DNA from: an uncultured Oscillospiraceae bacterium
Lineage (GTDB): Bacteria; Bacillota; Clostridia; Oscillospirales; Oscillospiraceae
Length of the DNA stretch: 64,000 nt
Direction of reading: 5' to 3'
NCBI GenBank assembly: GCA_910588455.1
Contig: CAJUPG010000001.1
Span: 1,592 to 65,591, forward strand
A model generated the notes under the pieces. That model made no database searches. It was given only the letters and a program-made list of their open reading frames with translations, and was not told the DNA's origin. Made by a program: the position numbers and the translations under genes. Positions 26,620 through 38,094 of this stretch are shown piece after piece (position 1 is the first letter of the stretch; every line of letters begins with the position of its first letter).

Positions 26620-29046
26620 ATGGCGGACAACCGCTTCACATCTACAGCTCTGGGGGCCATCCGGCTGGCCCAGCAGCACGCCGCCCAACTGGGTCACACC
26701 TATGTGGGAAGCGAGCATCTGCTGCTGGGACTGTCCAACCAGCCCCTGAGTCAGGCCGGACAGGTTCTGCGCCAGACAGGCGTGGAACCCCAGGCCCTCC
26801 GGGCGGCGGTAGCCCAGCGGGTTGGCACCGGGGCGCCCGCCCGGTCTCCCCAGCAGGGGCTTACCCCCCGGTGCTGCCTGATTATCCGGCGGGCCGCTGA
26901 GGAGAGCCGCCGTCTGGGCCACAAGGAGGTCAGCGCAGAGCACCTGCTGCTGGGGCTGCTGAAGGAGCCGAACAGCGCGGCGATGGGGCTGCTGCGGGAG
27001 GGGGGAGTGGACACCGGCACCCTCCAGCGCAGGGTGCTGGCCGCCCTGGGCGGGGAGGAGCTGCCCCAGCGGCCCGCCCGGGCCCGGGAGCCGGAGCGGA
27101 CAGCGGACAACACCCGCCAGCTGGACCAGTGCGCCCGGGATTTGACCCGGATGGCCGGGGAGGGCAAGCTGGACCCGGTGATCGGCCGGCAGGAGGAGCT
27201 GGACCGGGTCATTCAGATCCTCTCCCGCCGGACTAAGAACAACCCCGCCCTGATTGGGGAGCCCGGGGTGGGCAAAACCGCCATTGCGGAGGGATTAGCC
27301 CTGGCCATTGCCGGGGGAAGCGCCCCGGAGCACCTGGCCCGGAAACGGGTGTGCGCCCTGGATTTGTCCGCCATGGTGGCGGGAACCAAATACCGGGGAG
27401 AGTTTGAGGAAAAGCTCAAGCACGTGCTGGAGGAGGTTCGCCGGGCGGGGAATATCATCCTGTTTGTGGACGAGCTGCACACCATTGTGGGGGCGGGCAG
27501 CGCGGAGGGGGCCATCGACGCGGCCAACATCCTGAAGCCCGCCCTGAGCCGGGGAGAAATTCAAATGATTGGAGCCACCACCCTGGACGAGTACCGGAAG
27601 TATATCGAAAAGGACGCGGCCCTGGAGCGCCGGTTTCAGCCGGTGACCGTCCGGGAGCCCACCCAGAAGGAGACGCTGGAGATTTTGCAGGGGCTGCGCA
27701 GCCGCTATGAGGCCCATCATCAACTGGCGATCACCGACGAAGCGCTGGAGACGGCGGTGGAGCTTTCCTGCCGGTATCTGCCCCAGCGGTATCTGCCCGA
27801 CAAGGCCATTGATCTCATAGACGAGGCGGCGGCCCAGGCCCGACTGGGCCGGCAGAGTCTGCCCGAGGAGCTGAAGGCCCTGGAGGGCCGGGTAAACCAG
27901 GCCGCCCGGCAGCTCAACGAGGCCATCCAGCGCCAGGATTTTGAACAGGCAGCCATTTTGCGGGACGTAGAGGGGGACTTCCGGCGGGAGCTGGAGGAGG
28001 ACCGCCGCCGGTGGCAGTGCGCCCAGGGCCCGCGTTCAGTGGCTCCGGAGCACATCCGGCAGGTGCTCTCCCAGTGGACCGGAGTTCCCATCCAGGACCC
28101 CGACGAGCAGGACCGGAAGGCCCTGCTGGCCCTGGAGGACAATTTGCGCAAAAGCCTGCTGGGTCAGGACAAGGCCGTGCGGGCGGTGGCCCAAGCCATC
28201 CGCCGGGGGCGGCTGGGCTTGAAGGACCCCAGACGGCCGGTGGGGAGCTTTTTGCTGCTGGGGCCCAGCGGAGTAGGCAAAACCCAGCTGTGCCGCAGTC
28301 TGGCCCGGGCCCTGTTCGGCAGTGAGGATGCCTTGATCCGCTTTGATATGTCGGAGTATATGGAGGCCCACTCGGTCTCGCGGCTCATCGGCTCCCCGCC
28401 TGGGTACGTGGGCCACGAAGAAGGAGGTCAGCTCACCGAGAGAGTCCGCCGCCGGCCCTGGTCTGTGGTGCTGCTGGACGAGCTGGAGAAGGCCCACCGG
28501 GACGTGTGGTCCATTCTGCTCCAGGTGATGGAAGAGGGGGTATTGACCGATTCCCAGGGCCGGAAAACGGACTTTCGGAACACGGTATTGGTAATGACCT
28601 CCAATCTAGGGTCCCAGAACTTCCGGGAGGGCAGCGGCCTGGGCTTTTCTCCGGCCAGTCAGGGAGATAAGAAGGACTTGGAGCGGGCGGTGCTGTCCGA
28701 AGCCAAGCGGAGCTTTTCCCCGGAATTTTTAAACCGCCTGGACCAGATGCTGGTGTTCCACCCTTTGGAACAGGAGACGCTCGCCGAGATCACCCGGCAG
28801 CTGCTGGAGGAGACCCAAAAGCGCCTGTCCGGGCTGGGTGTGTCCATGGAGGTGGAGGACGGAGCGGTGGCTCTGCTGGCCCGGGAGGGCCGCAGCCGGG
28901 ATTACGGAGCCCGTCCCCTGCGCCGGGCGGTGGCGGCCTGGGTGGAGGATCCGGCGGCGGACCTGCTGCTGGGAGGGGATCTGACCGCCGGAGGAGCGAT
29001 CCGTGTATGCGCCCAAGGGGAGCAGGTTCGGGTAGAGCTGGTATAG
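26620..29046 (+). CDS. clpC: ClpC-type Clp protease ATP-binding subunit
   Basis: Double Clp-N repeat (EHLLLGL x2), two AAA+ modules, short UVR-like M domain ([11 protein letters not shown]), LGF ClpP-binding loop. Confidence 0.88.
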   Translation: MADNRFTSTALGAIRLAQQHAAQLGHTYVGSEHLLLGLSNQPLSQAGQVLRQTGVEPQALRAAVAQRVGTGAPARSPQQGLTPRCCLIIRRAAEESRRLGHKEVSAEHLLLGLLKEPNSAAMGLLREGGVDTGTLQRRVLAALGGEELPQRPARAREPERTADNTRQLDQCARDLTRMAGEGKLDPVIGRQEELDRVIQILSRRTKNNPALIGEPGVGKTAIAEGLALAIAGGSAPEHLARKRVCALDLSAMVAGTKYRGEFEEKLKHVLEEVRRAGNIILFVDELHTIVGAGSAEGAIDAANILKPALSRGEIQMIGATTLDEYRKYIEKDAALERRFQPVTVREPTQKETLEILQGLRSRYEAHHQLAITDEALETAVELSCRYLPQRYLPDKAIDLIDEAAAQARLGRQSLPEELKALEGRVNQAARQLNEAIQRQDFEQAAILRDVEGDFRRELEEDRRRWQCAQGPRSVAPEHIRQVLSQWTGVPIQDPDEQDRKALLALEDNLRKSLLGQDKAVRAVAQAIRRGRLGLKDPRRPVGSFLLLGPSGVGKTQLCRSLARALFGSEDALIRFDMSEYMEAHSVSRLIGSPPGYVGHEEGGQLTERVRRRPWSVVLLDELEKAHRDVWSILLQVMEEGVLTDSQGRKTDFRNTVLVMTSNLGSQNFREGSGLGFSPASQGDKKDLERAVLSEAKRSFSPEFLNRLDQMLVFHPLEQETLAEITRQLLEETQKRLSGLGVSMEVEDGAVALLAREGRSRDYGARPLRRAVAAWVEDPAADLLLGGDLTAGGAIRVCAQGEQVRVELV

Positions 29047-29078
29047 CCGGAGCTGGTATGGACCGTCCAGAATTGGAG

Positions 29079-29113
29079 AAACCCGGATGTTTTATGGGCA
29101 TCCGGGTTTTTTT
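29079..29113 (+). terminator. Terminator after clpC
   Basis: AAACCCGGATG...CATCCGGGTTTTTTT. Confidence 0.85.
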
Positions 29114-29123
29114 CTCAAAACTC

Positions 29124-29152
29124 TTGTAATTTTTCTCTAAATCCGCTACAAT
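29124..29152 (+). promoter_or_regulatory. SigA promoter of MCP gene
   Basis: TTGTAA-17-TACAAT. Confidence 0.6.
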
Positions 29153-29197
29153 AGAAAGCGAAATCCTTGTGGGATTTATGAGAGGAGAGGCACAAAT

Positions 29198-30877
29198 ATG
29201 AAAAAGGCTATGAATCAATCAACGCTGACTGCAATTTTAAACGTAGCATCCATCTGTGCCCTGGTGTTTCTGATGATTCTGTTGTTTATGAACAGTGGAG
29301 CCAGTAGCCGCCTGGACAAGTCCAACCAGGAGCGATATGAGTTGACTTATAACGCCAACCGTTTCATGAACGGTTCCGCATATCTGACGAATGAGGTTCG
29401 GGCCTTTGCGGCCACCGGGCTTCAGGAGCACTACGACAACTATTGGAACGAAGTCAACCACCTGAAAAACCGGGATCAGGGCGTAGCCGCCATGCAGGAG
29501 ATCGGCATCACCCCTGAGGAACAAAACATGATTGATCAGATGTCCGCCCTTTCCAACGAGCTGGTGCCCCTGGAGGAGCAGGCCATGCAGCAGGTTCAGT
29601 CCGGCCAGCAGAGCACAGCCATCAACTATGTGTACGGAGAGGAATACAACAGCGCCCTGGCCAAGATTACCAGCCTGAAGGAGCAATTTTTAGCGGATTT
29701 GGATGCCCGGGCCTTTCAGGAGGTTCAGTCCCTGGAGCGGTGGGTCTTTATCGTTCGCACCCTGATGGTGATTTCTCTGCTGGTGGTTATGGGACTGCAG
29801 GTATTCAGTATGCGGGTAATCCGCCGGCGCATTCTGCGACCGGTTCTTGCGGTGAAGGACCAGATGGGCGAGATTGCCCAGGGCAATCTGTCTGCGGAAT
29901 TCCAGTGGGAGGCGGATACCTCTGAACTGGGTATGCTGGTCAACTCCATTCACGAGACCAAACGGGAGCTGAAAACGTACATCAACGACATCGACGACAA
30001 ACTGGCCCAGATGGCCCAGGGCAATATGGATTTGGCCATCAATGGAACCTACCGGGGAGAATTTTTGCCCATTCAGAAGGCTATGCGCCAGATTCTGGAT
30101 TCCTTGAACGACGCTCTGTATCATATCCGCCAGACCGCCCAGCAGCTTACCAACGAGTCCCAGCGGATGGCCGCCGGTGCCCAAACTCTTTCCGAAGGCG
30201 CGGTGCAGCAGGCCTCTACGGTGGAGGAACTGTCCGCGGGTATTCAGGATATTTCCGGCCAGGTGAACCGCACTTCGGAGGATGCGGCGGAGGCCCAGAG
30301 GTTTGCTGTATCCGCCGGTGAACAGCTTCAGGTATGCAGCACCAAGATGGACGCGCTGACCAAGGCCATTGCGGATATTGCCGCCTCCTCTCAGCAGATC
30401 AGTGGCATCACCAAGGCCATTGAGGACATCTCCTTCCAGACCAATATTCTGGCCCTGAACGCCTCTGTGGAAGCGGCCCGGGCCGGCGCGGCGGGCAAGG
30501 GCTTTGCTGTGGTAGCCGATGAGGTTCAGCGGCTGGCCAGTAAGAGCGCCGAATCCGCCAAGAGCATCACCGAACTGATTGATGCATCGGTACAGCAGGT
30601 GCGGTACGGAACCTCTCTGTCGGAGGAGACCACAGAGGCCCTGTCTGAAGTGGTGTCCAGCGCCCAGCGGTCGGCGGACCTGGTGGGGCAGATCGCCCAG
30701 TCCGCTCAGGCGCAGGCCATGTCCCTGCGGCAGCTGACCGAAGGAATGGAGCTGATTTCTAACGTGGTGCAGACCAATGCCGCCACCGCTGAGGAATCCG
30801 CCTCCTCGGCGGAGGAACTGCGGCAGCAGGCGGAAAAGCTGGAGGATTCCGTCCAGCGGTTCCAGCTGCGGCACTGA
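29198..30877 (+). CDS. Methyl-accepting chemotaxis protein
   Basis: TM-sensor-[42 protein letters not shown] signalling tip. Confidence 0.95.
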   Translation: MKKAMNQSTLTAILNVASICALVFLMILLFMNSGASSRLDKSNQERYELTYNANRFMNGSAYLTNEVRAFAATGLQEHYDNYWNEVNHLKNRDQGVAAMQEIGITPEEQNMIDQMSALSNELVPLEEQAMQQVQSGQQSTAINYVYGEEYNSALAKITSLKEQFLADLDARAFQEVQSLERWVFIVRTLMVISLLVVMGLQVFSMRVIRRRILRPVLAVKDQMGEIAQGNLSAEFQWEADTSELGMLVNSIHETKRELKTYINDIDDKLAQMAQGNMDLAINGTYRGEFLPIQKAMRQILDSLNDALYHIRQTAQQLTNESQRMAAGAQTLSEGAVQQASTVEELSAGIQDISGQVNRTSEDAAEAQRFAVSAGEQLQVCSTKMDALTKAIADIAASSQQISGITKAIEDISFQTNILALNASVEAARAGAAGKGFAVVADEVQRLASKSAESAKSITELIDASVQQVRYGTSLSEETTEALSEVVSSAQRSADLVGQIAQSAQAQAMSLRQLTEGMELISNVVQTNAATAEESASSAEELRQQAEKLEDSVQRFQLRH

Positions 30878-30884
30878 TTTAATT

Positions 30885-30946
30885 CAAAAGAGCGTCCGCT
30901 TGGGAGAAACTTCCTTACAAAGTTCCTCCCAAGCGGACGCTTTTTG
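30885..30946. terminator. Bidirectional terminator with long stem
   Basis: AGCGTCCGCTTGGGAG...CTCCCAAGCGGACGCT flanked by A and T tracts. Confidence 0.85.
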
Positions 30947-30957
30947 TTTGTTTGGGG

Positions 30958-32211
30958 TTACGAGAATTTTCCGGTTTTCCCCATATACTGTGCAGTTTCC
31001 ACAGGCAGCCCGCGCCGGCGCAGCCCCTGGGCGACCAGCCGGCTGACGATGCTGTAAAGCATCGCGAACACCGGAACACCCAGCACCATCCCCGCAAAGC
31101 CGAACAGTCCGCCAAACAGAAGGATAGAAAACAGCACCCAGAAGCTGGCAAGACCGGTGGAGTCGCCCAGGATCTTGGGGCCCAGGATGTTGCCGTCGAA
31201 TTGCTGGAGCACCAGAACAAAGATGGCAAAATATATCCCCTGAAGAGGATTTACCAGCAGAATCAGGAAAAAGCAGGGAATTGCGCCGATAAAGGGACCA
31301 AAGAACGGCACAATATTTGTTACGCCGATAATGGTTGCCACCAGAGCGGGGTAGGGGAAGTGGAAAATATTGCAGCAAATCAGGCAGATTACGCCGATGA
31401 TGGCGGAGTCCACCAATTTTCCATTGATAAACCCACTCATAATGCGGTAGGCGCTGCGAACTTCCTCGACCACCAGGTCCGCGACGGAAGTGGGCAGCAG
31501 ACTGTAGACGATTTTTTTGGATTGGGCGGCAAAGGTGTCCTTCCGGGCCAGCAGGTACACCGACACGATCAGCCCAATCAAGATGTCCTTCAAAACCATC
31601 AGTGCTGTTGCCACGACCACGGATACACTGGTTACAACGTCCGTTACGTTGGGCAGAAGGAATTCCTTTGCCCAATTAAGAACCGTGGACATGGACTCCA
31701 GGTTGGGCATGATGTCGTTTTGCAGCCAATCCTCCAGAGCTTGAGTGGTAGACTCGTAGTAGGGCAGAAGGAATGCCTGGAGAGCCGGATTGTCCTGCCA
31801 GGTTTTAACCAACCACTCCTGAACAGTCTCAATGTAGCCGGGAAATGCCTGGACTAAGCCCACTACGCTGATGTACAACTGGGGAAGCACCATGGCCAGC
31901 AAAATATAGATAATCAGCAGGGCAAAGAAGAGGCTGAGCAGAATTGCCGCTCCATTGAGAAGCGGACGGACCCTTTGGCTGGGGATCAGAGCGATTAAAA
32001 ACGTCAAAATGTGCCGGTGGACTGGCAGCAACAGAAACGCCAGTACCAGTCCATAGAGAATGGGGCGGAGAATGAGCATCAGGCTGGCGGCCAGGGTTCG
32101 CACCGCTGCGAAGTGATACAGGAGAAAAAAGAACAAAATCGACGCAGCAATGACGCAGAAGGCGGTCAATCCCAGGGCAATGTAGTGTTCTGACGGCTTT
32201 TTGGAACCCAT
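30958..32211 (-). CDS. AI-2E family transporter
   Basis: Multi-TM; NIVPFFGPFIGAIP, QQFDGNILGPKILG, GGLFGFAGMVLGVP. Confidence 0.9.
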   Translation of the reverse strand: MGSKKPSEHYIALGLTAFCVIAASILFFFLLYHFAAVRTLAASLMLILRPILYGLVLAFLLLPVHRHILTFLIALIPSQRVRPLLNGAAILLSLFFALLIIYILLAMVLPQLYISVVGLVQAFPGYIETVQEWLVKTWQDNPALQAFLLPYYESTTQALEDWLQNDIMPNLESMSTVLNWAKEFLLPNVTDVVTSVSVVVATALMVLKDILIGLIVSVYLLARKDTFAAQSKKIVYSLLPTSVADLVVEEVRSAYRIMSGFINGKLVDSAIIGVICLICCNIFHFPYPALVATIIGVTNIVPFFGPFIGAIPCFFLILLVNPLQGIYFAIFVLVLQQFDGNILGPKILGDSTGLASFWVLFSILLFGGLFGFAGMVLGVPVFAMLYSIVSRLVAQGLRRRGLPVETAQYMGKTGKFS

Positions 32212-32223
32212 GTGTTTTCCTCC

Positions 32224-33660
32224 TTACACCTTCAACTGGGTATCCTCTCCCTGTAAATCCCGGGCGAAGCGAGAGAGTACGGGAGCCACGCACTGATCCA
32301 AAAATTCCTCCACCTGCTCCGGACAGCGGCCGGTGTAACGGCTGGGCTCCATGTGAGCGGTGAGTTCTTCCATGCTCAGGCCGAAAGCCGGATCAGCGGC
32401 AATCAGTTCAATCAGGTTATTGTGCAGGCCTAAATCCTTCACGTTCCGGCCTGCTTCCTGGGACAAGACGCGAATCCGCTCATGGAGCTCCTGTCGGTTG
32501 CCGCCACGCTTCACTGCGTCCATCATGATATTTTCGCTGGCCATAAAGGGCAGTTCCTCCAACACGTGCTTTTCGATGACCTTGGGGTGAACCACCAGAC
32601 CGGAGCATACGTTCAGCATGATATTTAAAATCGCGTCCACCGCCAAAAAAGCCTCCGGCACGGACAGCCGCTTGTTTGCGGAGTCGTCCAGGGTCCGCTC
32701 AAACCACTGGGTCGCGGCGGTAACGGCAGGATTTTCTACGTCCGCAATGACATACCGGGCCAGAGAGCAAATCCGCTCACACCGCATGGGGTTTCGCTTG
32801 TAGGGCATGGCGGAGGAGCCGATTTGATTTTTCTCAAAGGGCTCTTCCACCTCCTTCAAGTGGCACAGCAGGCGCAGGTCAGTGGCAAACTTGCTGGCTG
32901 ACTGGGCGATGCCAGCCAGAGTGGATACTATATTGTAGTCCAGCTTGCGGGAGTAGGTCTGTCCGCTTACGGGGACAACAGCTGTAAAGCCCATTTCCTT
33001 TGCAATCTTCTCTTCCAGCAGCTTAACCTTCTCATGATCCCCCTCAAAGAGCTCCAAGAAGGATGCCTGGGTACCGGTAGTCCCCTTGGCGCCTCTCAGC
33101 TTCAGGGTGGACAAACGGTATTCCACTTCCTCCAGGTCCATGAGCAGTTCGTTCATCCACAGGGTGGCCCGCTTACCCACGGTTACCAGTTGAGCGGCCT
33201 GGAAGTGTGTAAAACCAAGGGTAGGCAAGTCTTTATACTTGCGGGCAAATTGCCCCAGACGGTCCAGCACCCGGACCAATTTTGCCCGGACCAGTTCCAG
33301 ACCCTCCCTCATGAGAATTACGTCGGTGTTGTCGCCCACGTAGCAGCTGGTGGCCCCCAGGTGGATTATGGGCATGGCCTTGGGGCAGGCGGTCCCGAAG
33401 GTGTGGACATGGGCCATTACGTCGTGGCGCAGCTTTTTTTCCATCTCGGCGGCTAATGTATAGTCGATGTCCGTTAAATGGGCCTCCATCTCGTCCACCT
33501 GCTCCTGGGTTACAGGCAGGCCCAGTTCCATCTCAGCCCGGGCCAGCGCGACCCAGAGCTTGCGCCAGGTGGTGAATTTTTTGTCGGCGGAGAAGAGATA
33601 GAGCATTTCGTCGCTGGCGTACCGGGAGGACAGCGGACTTTCGTAGGCATTTGTAGGCAT
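32224..33660 (-). CDS. purB: Adenylosuccinate lyase
   Basis: RHDVMAH, HLGATS, GFTHFQ, GSSAMPYKRNP signature. Confidence 0.97.
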   Translation of the reverse strand: MPTNAYESPLSSRYASDEMLYLFSADKKFTTWRKLWVALARAEMELGLPVTQEQVDEMEAHLTDIDYTLAAEMEKKLRHDVMAHVHTFGTACPKAMPIIHLGATSCYVGDNTDVILMREGLELVRAKLVRVLDRLGQFARKYKDLPTLGFTHFQAAQLVTVGKRATLWMNELLMDLEEVEYRLSTLKLRGAKGTTGTQASFLELFEGDHEKVKLLEEKIAKEMGFTAVVPVSGQTYSRKLDYNIVSTLAGIAQSASKFATDLRLLCHLKEVEEPFEKNQIGSSAMPYKRNPMRCERICSLARYVIADVENPAVTAATQWFERTLDDSANKRLSVPEAFLAVDAILNIMLNVCSGLVVHPKVIEKHVLEELPFMASENIMMDAVKRGGNRQELHERIRVLSQEAGRNVKDLGLHNNLIELIAADPAFGLSMEELTAHMEPSRYTGRCPEQVEEFLDQCVAPVLSRFARDLQGEDTQLKV

Positions 33661-33756
33661 GGTAACAGCTCCCTTATTTGTCTTTGAATGCAGTATAGCA
33701 CAAAAACCGCCACTTGGTAAAGATAAAAGCGGTATTTTTCATGGATTCTTAATGTG

Positions 33757-33785
33757 TTGATTTTCTCAGAAGTTTGTTCTATAAT
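33757..33785 (+). promoter_or_regulatory. SigA promoter
   Basis: TTGATT-17-TATAAT. Confidence 0.65.
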
Positions 33786-33824
33786 CAGAACCGTGAATTT
33801 GTAAATGAAAAGAGGCTTTGGCAC

Positions 33825-34586
33825 ATGAGCGATTGGTTTACTGTTGAGCAGGTTGATGCAGATACCTACGTTCTCAGCGAATACCGGCATTGGGAGGAGA
33901 CCCATTGCTACCTCTTGAACGGAACAGAGCGCAGCCTGCTGATTGATACCGGCCTTGGAATCTGCAAAATCCAGGACGAGGTTCAGAACCTCACCTGCAA
34001 GTCAGTTACCGCTGTGGCCACCCACATTCACTGGGACCATGTGGGCGGCCACAAGTATTTCCCGGATTTCTATGCCCACGGCGAGGAACTGGACTGGCTC
34101 AACGGAGGCTTTCCGCTGTCACGGGAAACTGTTCAGAGCATGGTGGCAGACCGATGTGATTTGCCAATGGGCTTCGATGTCAGTACCTATGAGATATTTC
34201 AGGGGATACCAACCAGAGTTTTGCAGGACCGTGACACCATAGATTTAGGCGGACGGGTAGTGGAGGTCCTCCATACGCCAGGGCACTCACCGGGGCATAT
34301 GTGCTTCTGGGAAGAGGCGAGAGGCTACCTGTTCACCGGAGATTTGGTTTATAAAGACACATTGTTTGCGTACTATCCCTCCACCGACCCAGCCGCTTAC
34401 CTCAATTCTCTGGAAAAAATAGCGGAACTTCCGGCAAAACGGATATTTCCCGCCCATCACTCCCTGGAAATTGAACCAGAAATCGTGCTCCGAATGCGGA
34501 ACGCTTTCCGGGAATTGAAGGAAAACGGACAACTCCATCACGGGAGCGGAACCTTCCGGTATGGAGATTGGGCCGTGTGGCTGTAA
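33825..34586 (+). CDS. MBL-fold metallo-hydrolase
   Basis: LIDTG, THIHWDHVGG, HTPGHSPG, FTGD; start placed downstream of the promoter at MSDWF. Confidence 0.9.
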   Translation: MSDWFTVEQVDADTYVLSEYRHWEETHCYLLNGTERSLLIDTGLGICKIQDEVQNLTCKSVTAVATHIHWDHVGGHKYFPDFYAHGEELDWLNGGFPLSRETVQSMVADRCDLPMGFDVSTYEIFQGIPTRVLQDRDTIDLGGRVVEVLHTPGHSPGHMCFWEEARGYLFTGDLVYKDTLFAYYPSTDPAAYLNSLEKIAELPAKRIFPAHHSLEIEPEIVLRMRNAFRELKENGQLHHGSGTFRYGDWAVWL

Positions 34587-34591
34587 GAGCG

Positions 34592-34620
34592 TTGAATTTT
34601 TTCCAAAGATGTGTTAAAAT
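34592..34620 (+). promoter_or_regulatory. SigA promoter of murD operon
   Basis: TTGAAT-17-TAAAAT with extended TG. Confidence 0.65.
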
Positions 34621-34654
34621 GACTTGATTGAAAAATAAGGAGGGATGACGGGCT

Positions 34655-36046
34655 ATGTCTGCCATTCAAGAGTATTTGGATTCTCTGCATGAAAAGACCA
34701 TCACGGTAATCGGGATGGGAGTAAGCAACACCCCGCTGATTCGGATGCTGCTGCGGGCCGGGCTCAAAGTTACGGTTCGGGACAAGGCGCCCCGGGAGCG
34801 CTCGGAGGAGCTGGCCGGTGAACTGGAGAGCCTGGGCGCAACGCTGATTCTGGGAAAAGACTATTTGGAGGATTTGCACGAAGATTTGATCTTCCGCACC
34901 CCGGGACTGAGCCCCAACACCCCCCAGGTGAAGGCGGCTGTGGAGCAGGGGAGCGAGCTGACCAGTGAGATGGAGCTGTTTTTCCGTACCTGTCCCTGCC
35001 GGATTCTTGCTGTGACGGGCAGCGACGGAAAGACCACCACCACAACCATTATTACGGAATTTTTGAAAGCTGCGGGGTATAATGTCTACGTGGGGGGCAA
35101 CATCGGCAAGCCCCTGCTGCCCGATGTGGGGGATATGGAGCCGGAGGATCTGGCTGTGCTGGAGCTTTCCTCTTTCCAGCTGATGACGATGGAGCAAAGC
35201 CCCAATATCTCCGTATTCACCAATCTGGCCCCCAACCACTTGGATTATCACCACACTATGGAGGAGTATACCCAGGCAAAAACCAATATTTTCCGCCATC
35301 AGGGCGAAGGGGACCGTGTCATTTTCAACTGGGACTGTGAGCGGCTGCACCCGCTGGCGGAGCTGGCCCCCGCTGGGGTGGTCTGGTTCAGCCGGCAGGA
35401 ACGGCTGGAGCAGGGGGTGTATCTGCGGGACGGGGCCATCTGGCTCACCAACACCCAGGGGAGCCGGGAGGTTCTGCCTCTGGACCGCATCCGAATTCCA
35501 GGCGTCCACAACATCGAAAATTATATGGCCGCCATCGCCGCTGTGGACGGCCTGGTTCCGGACCCTGTGGTCCGGGAGGTGGCCGACAAGTTCCAGGGAG
35601 TGGAGCACCGGATTGAGAAGGTCCGGGAGCTGGATGGGGTTACCTACTATAACGATTCCATCGGGACCAGCCCCAGCCGAACCGCAGCCTGCCTTCACGC
35701 CTTTGCGGAGGCGCCTGGGGACATGATCTTAATCGCCGGAGGCTATGACAAGCAAATTCCCTTTACAAATCTGGCGCTGGATATTGTGGACCGGGTGCAG
35801 GTTCTGGTCCTCAACGGGGCCACCGCCCAGGCCATCCGCAAGGCGGTGGAGCAGGCGGAGACCTACCGTCCCGGCCATCCGGAAATTGTTATGACCGAGG
35901 GCTTCGACCAGGCGGTGAAGGAGGCCCGCAGGCGGGCGAAATCCGGGGATTATGTGGTCCTTTCGCCGGCCTGCGCCGCGTTCGACCAGTTCAAAAACTT
36001 TGTGGAACGGGGTAAGCACTTTAAGGATTTGGTGCAAAACTTTTAA
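34655..36046 (+). CDS. murD: UDP-N-acetylmuramoylalanine--D-glutamate ligase
   Basis: TGSDGKTTTT, GGNIG, ELSSFQL, PNHLDYH, SPACAAFDQF. Confidence 0.96.
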   Translation: MSAIQEYLDSLHEKTITVIGMGVSNTPLIRMLLRAGLKVTVRDKAPRERSEELAGELESLGATLILGKDYLEDLHEDLIFRTPGLSPNTPQVKAAVEQGSELTSEMELFFRTCPCRILAVTGSDGKTTTTTIITEFLKAAGYNVYVGGNIGKPLLPDVGDMEPEDLAVLELSSFQLMTMEQSPNISVFTNLAPNHLDYHHTMEEYTQAKTNIFRHQGEGDRVIFNWDCERLHPLAELAPAGVVWFSRQERLEQGVYLRDGAIWLTNTQGSREVLPLDRIRIPGVHNIENYMAAIAAVDGLVPDPVVREVADKFQGVEHRIEKVRELDGVTYYNDSIGTSPSRTAACLHAFAEAPGDMILIAGGYDKQIPFTNLALDIVDRVQVLVLNGATAQAIRKAVEQAETYRPGHPEIVMTEGFDQAVKEARRRAKSGDYVVLSPACAAFDQFKNFVERGKHFKDLVQNF

Positions 36047-36061
36047 AGCGGAGGAATTTCA

Positions 36062-37090
36062 TTGGATTACGAACGCGTACTAAGCCGCCTGTGCACTCTG
36101 TCTGGCCCCAGCGGCTTTGAGACACAGGCGGTCCAGGGGGCAGCGGAGCTGCTGCGTCCCCTGGTGGATCAGGTGTATACCACTCGCCTGGGCAGTCTGG
36201 TAGGGGTGCGCCGGTGCGGCAAGGAGGGAGCGCCCCGCTTGCTGCTGGATGCCCATCTGGACGAGGTGGGGTTCATTGTCACCGGCCACGAGGAGGGCTT
36301 TTTGCGCTTCGCCTCTCTGGGCGGCGTGGACGCTCGAATGCTCCCGGACCGAGAACTGTTGCTGTTGACAGAGCCTCCCGCCCTGGGGATTGTGACCTGT
36401 ATGCCCCCCCACCTTCAGAGCAGCGAGGAGGCCGAAAAGGCACTGTCCATCGACAAGCTGTATTTGGATGTGGGGTGCAGCCAGGAGGAGGCCAGGGAAA
36501 ACTTTCCCATCGGGACCCCTGCGGTCTGCCGGGGAGGCTGTACCCGTTTCGGTGAGGCGCTCTTCTGCGGCAAGGCCCTGGATGACCGGGCCGGTTTTGC
36601 AGTGCTGCTGGATGTGCTGGAGCGGCTTCAGAAGGTGGAACTGTATGTCGATTTGTATGTATTGGGCTCCACTCAGGAGGAAACCAGCAGCGCCGGCGCG
36701 ATTACTGCGGCCTATGGGATTGCCCCGGATCTATGTGTGGCGGTTGATGTGACCCATGGAGACACCCCAGACGCTGACAAGGATAAAACCTTTACGCTGT
36801 CTGGCGGTCCTGTGCTTGGAGTGGGACCGAACTGTTCTCAGGCACTTGTCAAGCAGGTGGAACGGTGCGCCCGGGAGTTGGAAATTCCAATCCAGCTGGA
36901 GGTAATGTCCGGCAGCTCCGGGACCAACGCATGGCCGCTGCAAATCAGCCGGGAGGGGATCGCCACCGCTGTGCTGTCTCTGCCTCTGCGCTATATGCAC
37001 ACACCCATTGAGACCGTCCACCGCCGGGACCTGGAGGAAACGGCCCGCCTGCTGGCGGCTTTTGTGGAAAAGGAGGGCGAACGATGCTGA
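36062..37090 (+). CDS. M42 (TET-like) aminopeptidase 1
   Basis: AHLDEVG, KALDDR, QEE, AVDV, RYMH; TTG start. Confidence 0.9.
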   Translation: MDYERVLSRLCTLSGPSGFETQAVQGAAELLRPLVDQVYTTRLGSLVGVRRCGKEGAPRLLLDAHLDEVGFIVTGHEEGFLRFASLGGVDARMLPDRELLLLTEPPALGIVTCMPPHLQSSEEAEKALSIDKLYLDVGCSQEEARENFPIGTPAVCRGGCTRFGEALFCGKALDDRAGFAVLLDVLERLQKVELYVDLYVLGSTQEETSSAGAITAAYGIAPDLCVAVDVTHGDTPDADKDKTFTLSGGPVLGVGPNCSQALVKQVERCARELEIPIQLEVMSGSSGTNAWPLQISREGIATAVLSLPLRYMHTPIETVHRRDLEETARLLAAFVEKEGERC

Positions 37091-38094
37091 ACCTGCTTTC
37101 GGAGCTCTGCTGTCTCAACGGTGTTTCTGGTAATGAGGGAGAGGTCCGGGATTTTTTACAGAAACGGGCCGAGCAATACGCGGATGAAGTGCGGACCGAC
37201 CGTCTGGGCAATCTGATTGTGTTTAAAAAAGGAAAAAAATCCACCGGACAAAAGCTGATGCTGTGTGCCCATATGGACGAAGTGGGCTTGATTGTTACCC
37301 GTACTGCAAAAGACGGCTTTTTTAAGTTCGATTTTGTAGGTGGAGTGGATCGCCGGATTGCGATTGGCAAATCGGTGGTGCTGGGAAATGATAAAATCCC
37401 AGGGGTGATAGGGTGTAAGGCAATTCACCTTGTCAGTAAAGACGAGCGGAAGAAAATTCCGAAAACGGAGTCCTTTTATCTGGATACTGGAGGCATAGAT
37501 GTGCCCCTGGGCACCTACGGGGCTTTTGTTGGCGCTCCCGAAAAACTGGGTCAGGATTTGTTCAAGGCCAAGGCCATTGACGACCGGATCGGCTGCGCGG
37601 TTATGCTCAAGCTGCTGGAGGAAGAACTTCCCCTGGATATTACGTTTGTCTTTACTGTTCAGGAAGAGGTGGGGACTCGGGGAGCTTTTGGCGCGGCCTT
37701 TGCGGTAACACCAGAAATCGCTCTGGTCCTGGAGACCACAACTGCCGCGGACCTGCCTGGAGCGGAGTCCCACCGCCGGGTCTGCGCACCAGGGAAGGGG
37801 CCGGTTATCTCCTATATGGATGGAGGCACCATCTATGACCGCGAGTTGTTCGAGCGTCTGCGCCGGTTGGCGGAAGAACACCGCATTCCATGGCAGACAA
37901 AAGAATATATCGCTGGGGGGAACGACAGCCGGGCCATCCAGCGGACTAAGGCCGGGGTACGGGTAGCGGCCATTTCGGCGGCGGTCCGCTATCTCCATGC
38001 GCCGGCCAATGTGGGGAGCAGAGCCGATTTTGCACATATGCTGGCGCTGACACGGCTGTTTTTGGAGGATATTGCAGAAAATGGAGCTTTATAG
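37084..38094 (+). CDS. M42 aminopeptidase 2
   Basis: AHMDEVG, KAIDDR, QEEVG, VLET, RYLH. Confidence 0.9.
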   Translation: MLNLLSELCCLNGVSGNEGEVRDFLQKRAEQYADEVRTDRLGNLIVFKKGKKSTGQKLMLCAHMDEVGLIVTRTAKDGFFKFDFVGGVDRRIAIGKSVVLGNDKIPGVIGCKAIHLVSKDERKKIPKTESFYLDTGGIDVPLGTYGAFVGAPEKLGQDLFKAKAIDDRIGCAVMLKLLEEELPLDITFVFTVQEEVGTRGAFGAAFAVTPEIALVLETTTAADLPGAESHRRVCAPGKGPVISYMDGGTIYDRELFERLRRLAEEHRIPWQTKEYIAGGNDSRAIQRTKAGVRVAAISAAVRYLHAPANVGSRADFAHMLALTRLFLEDIAENGAL

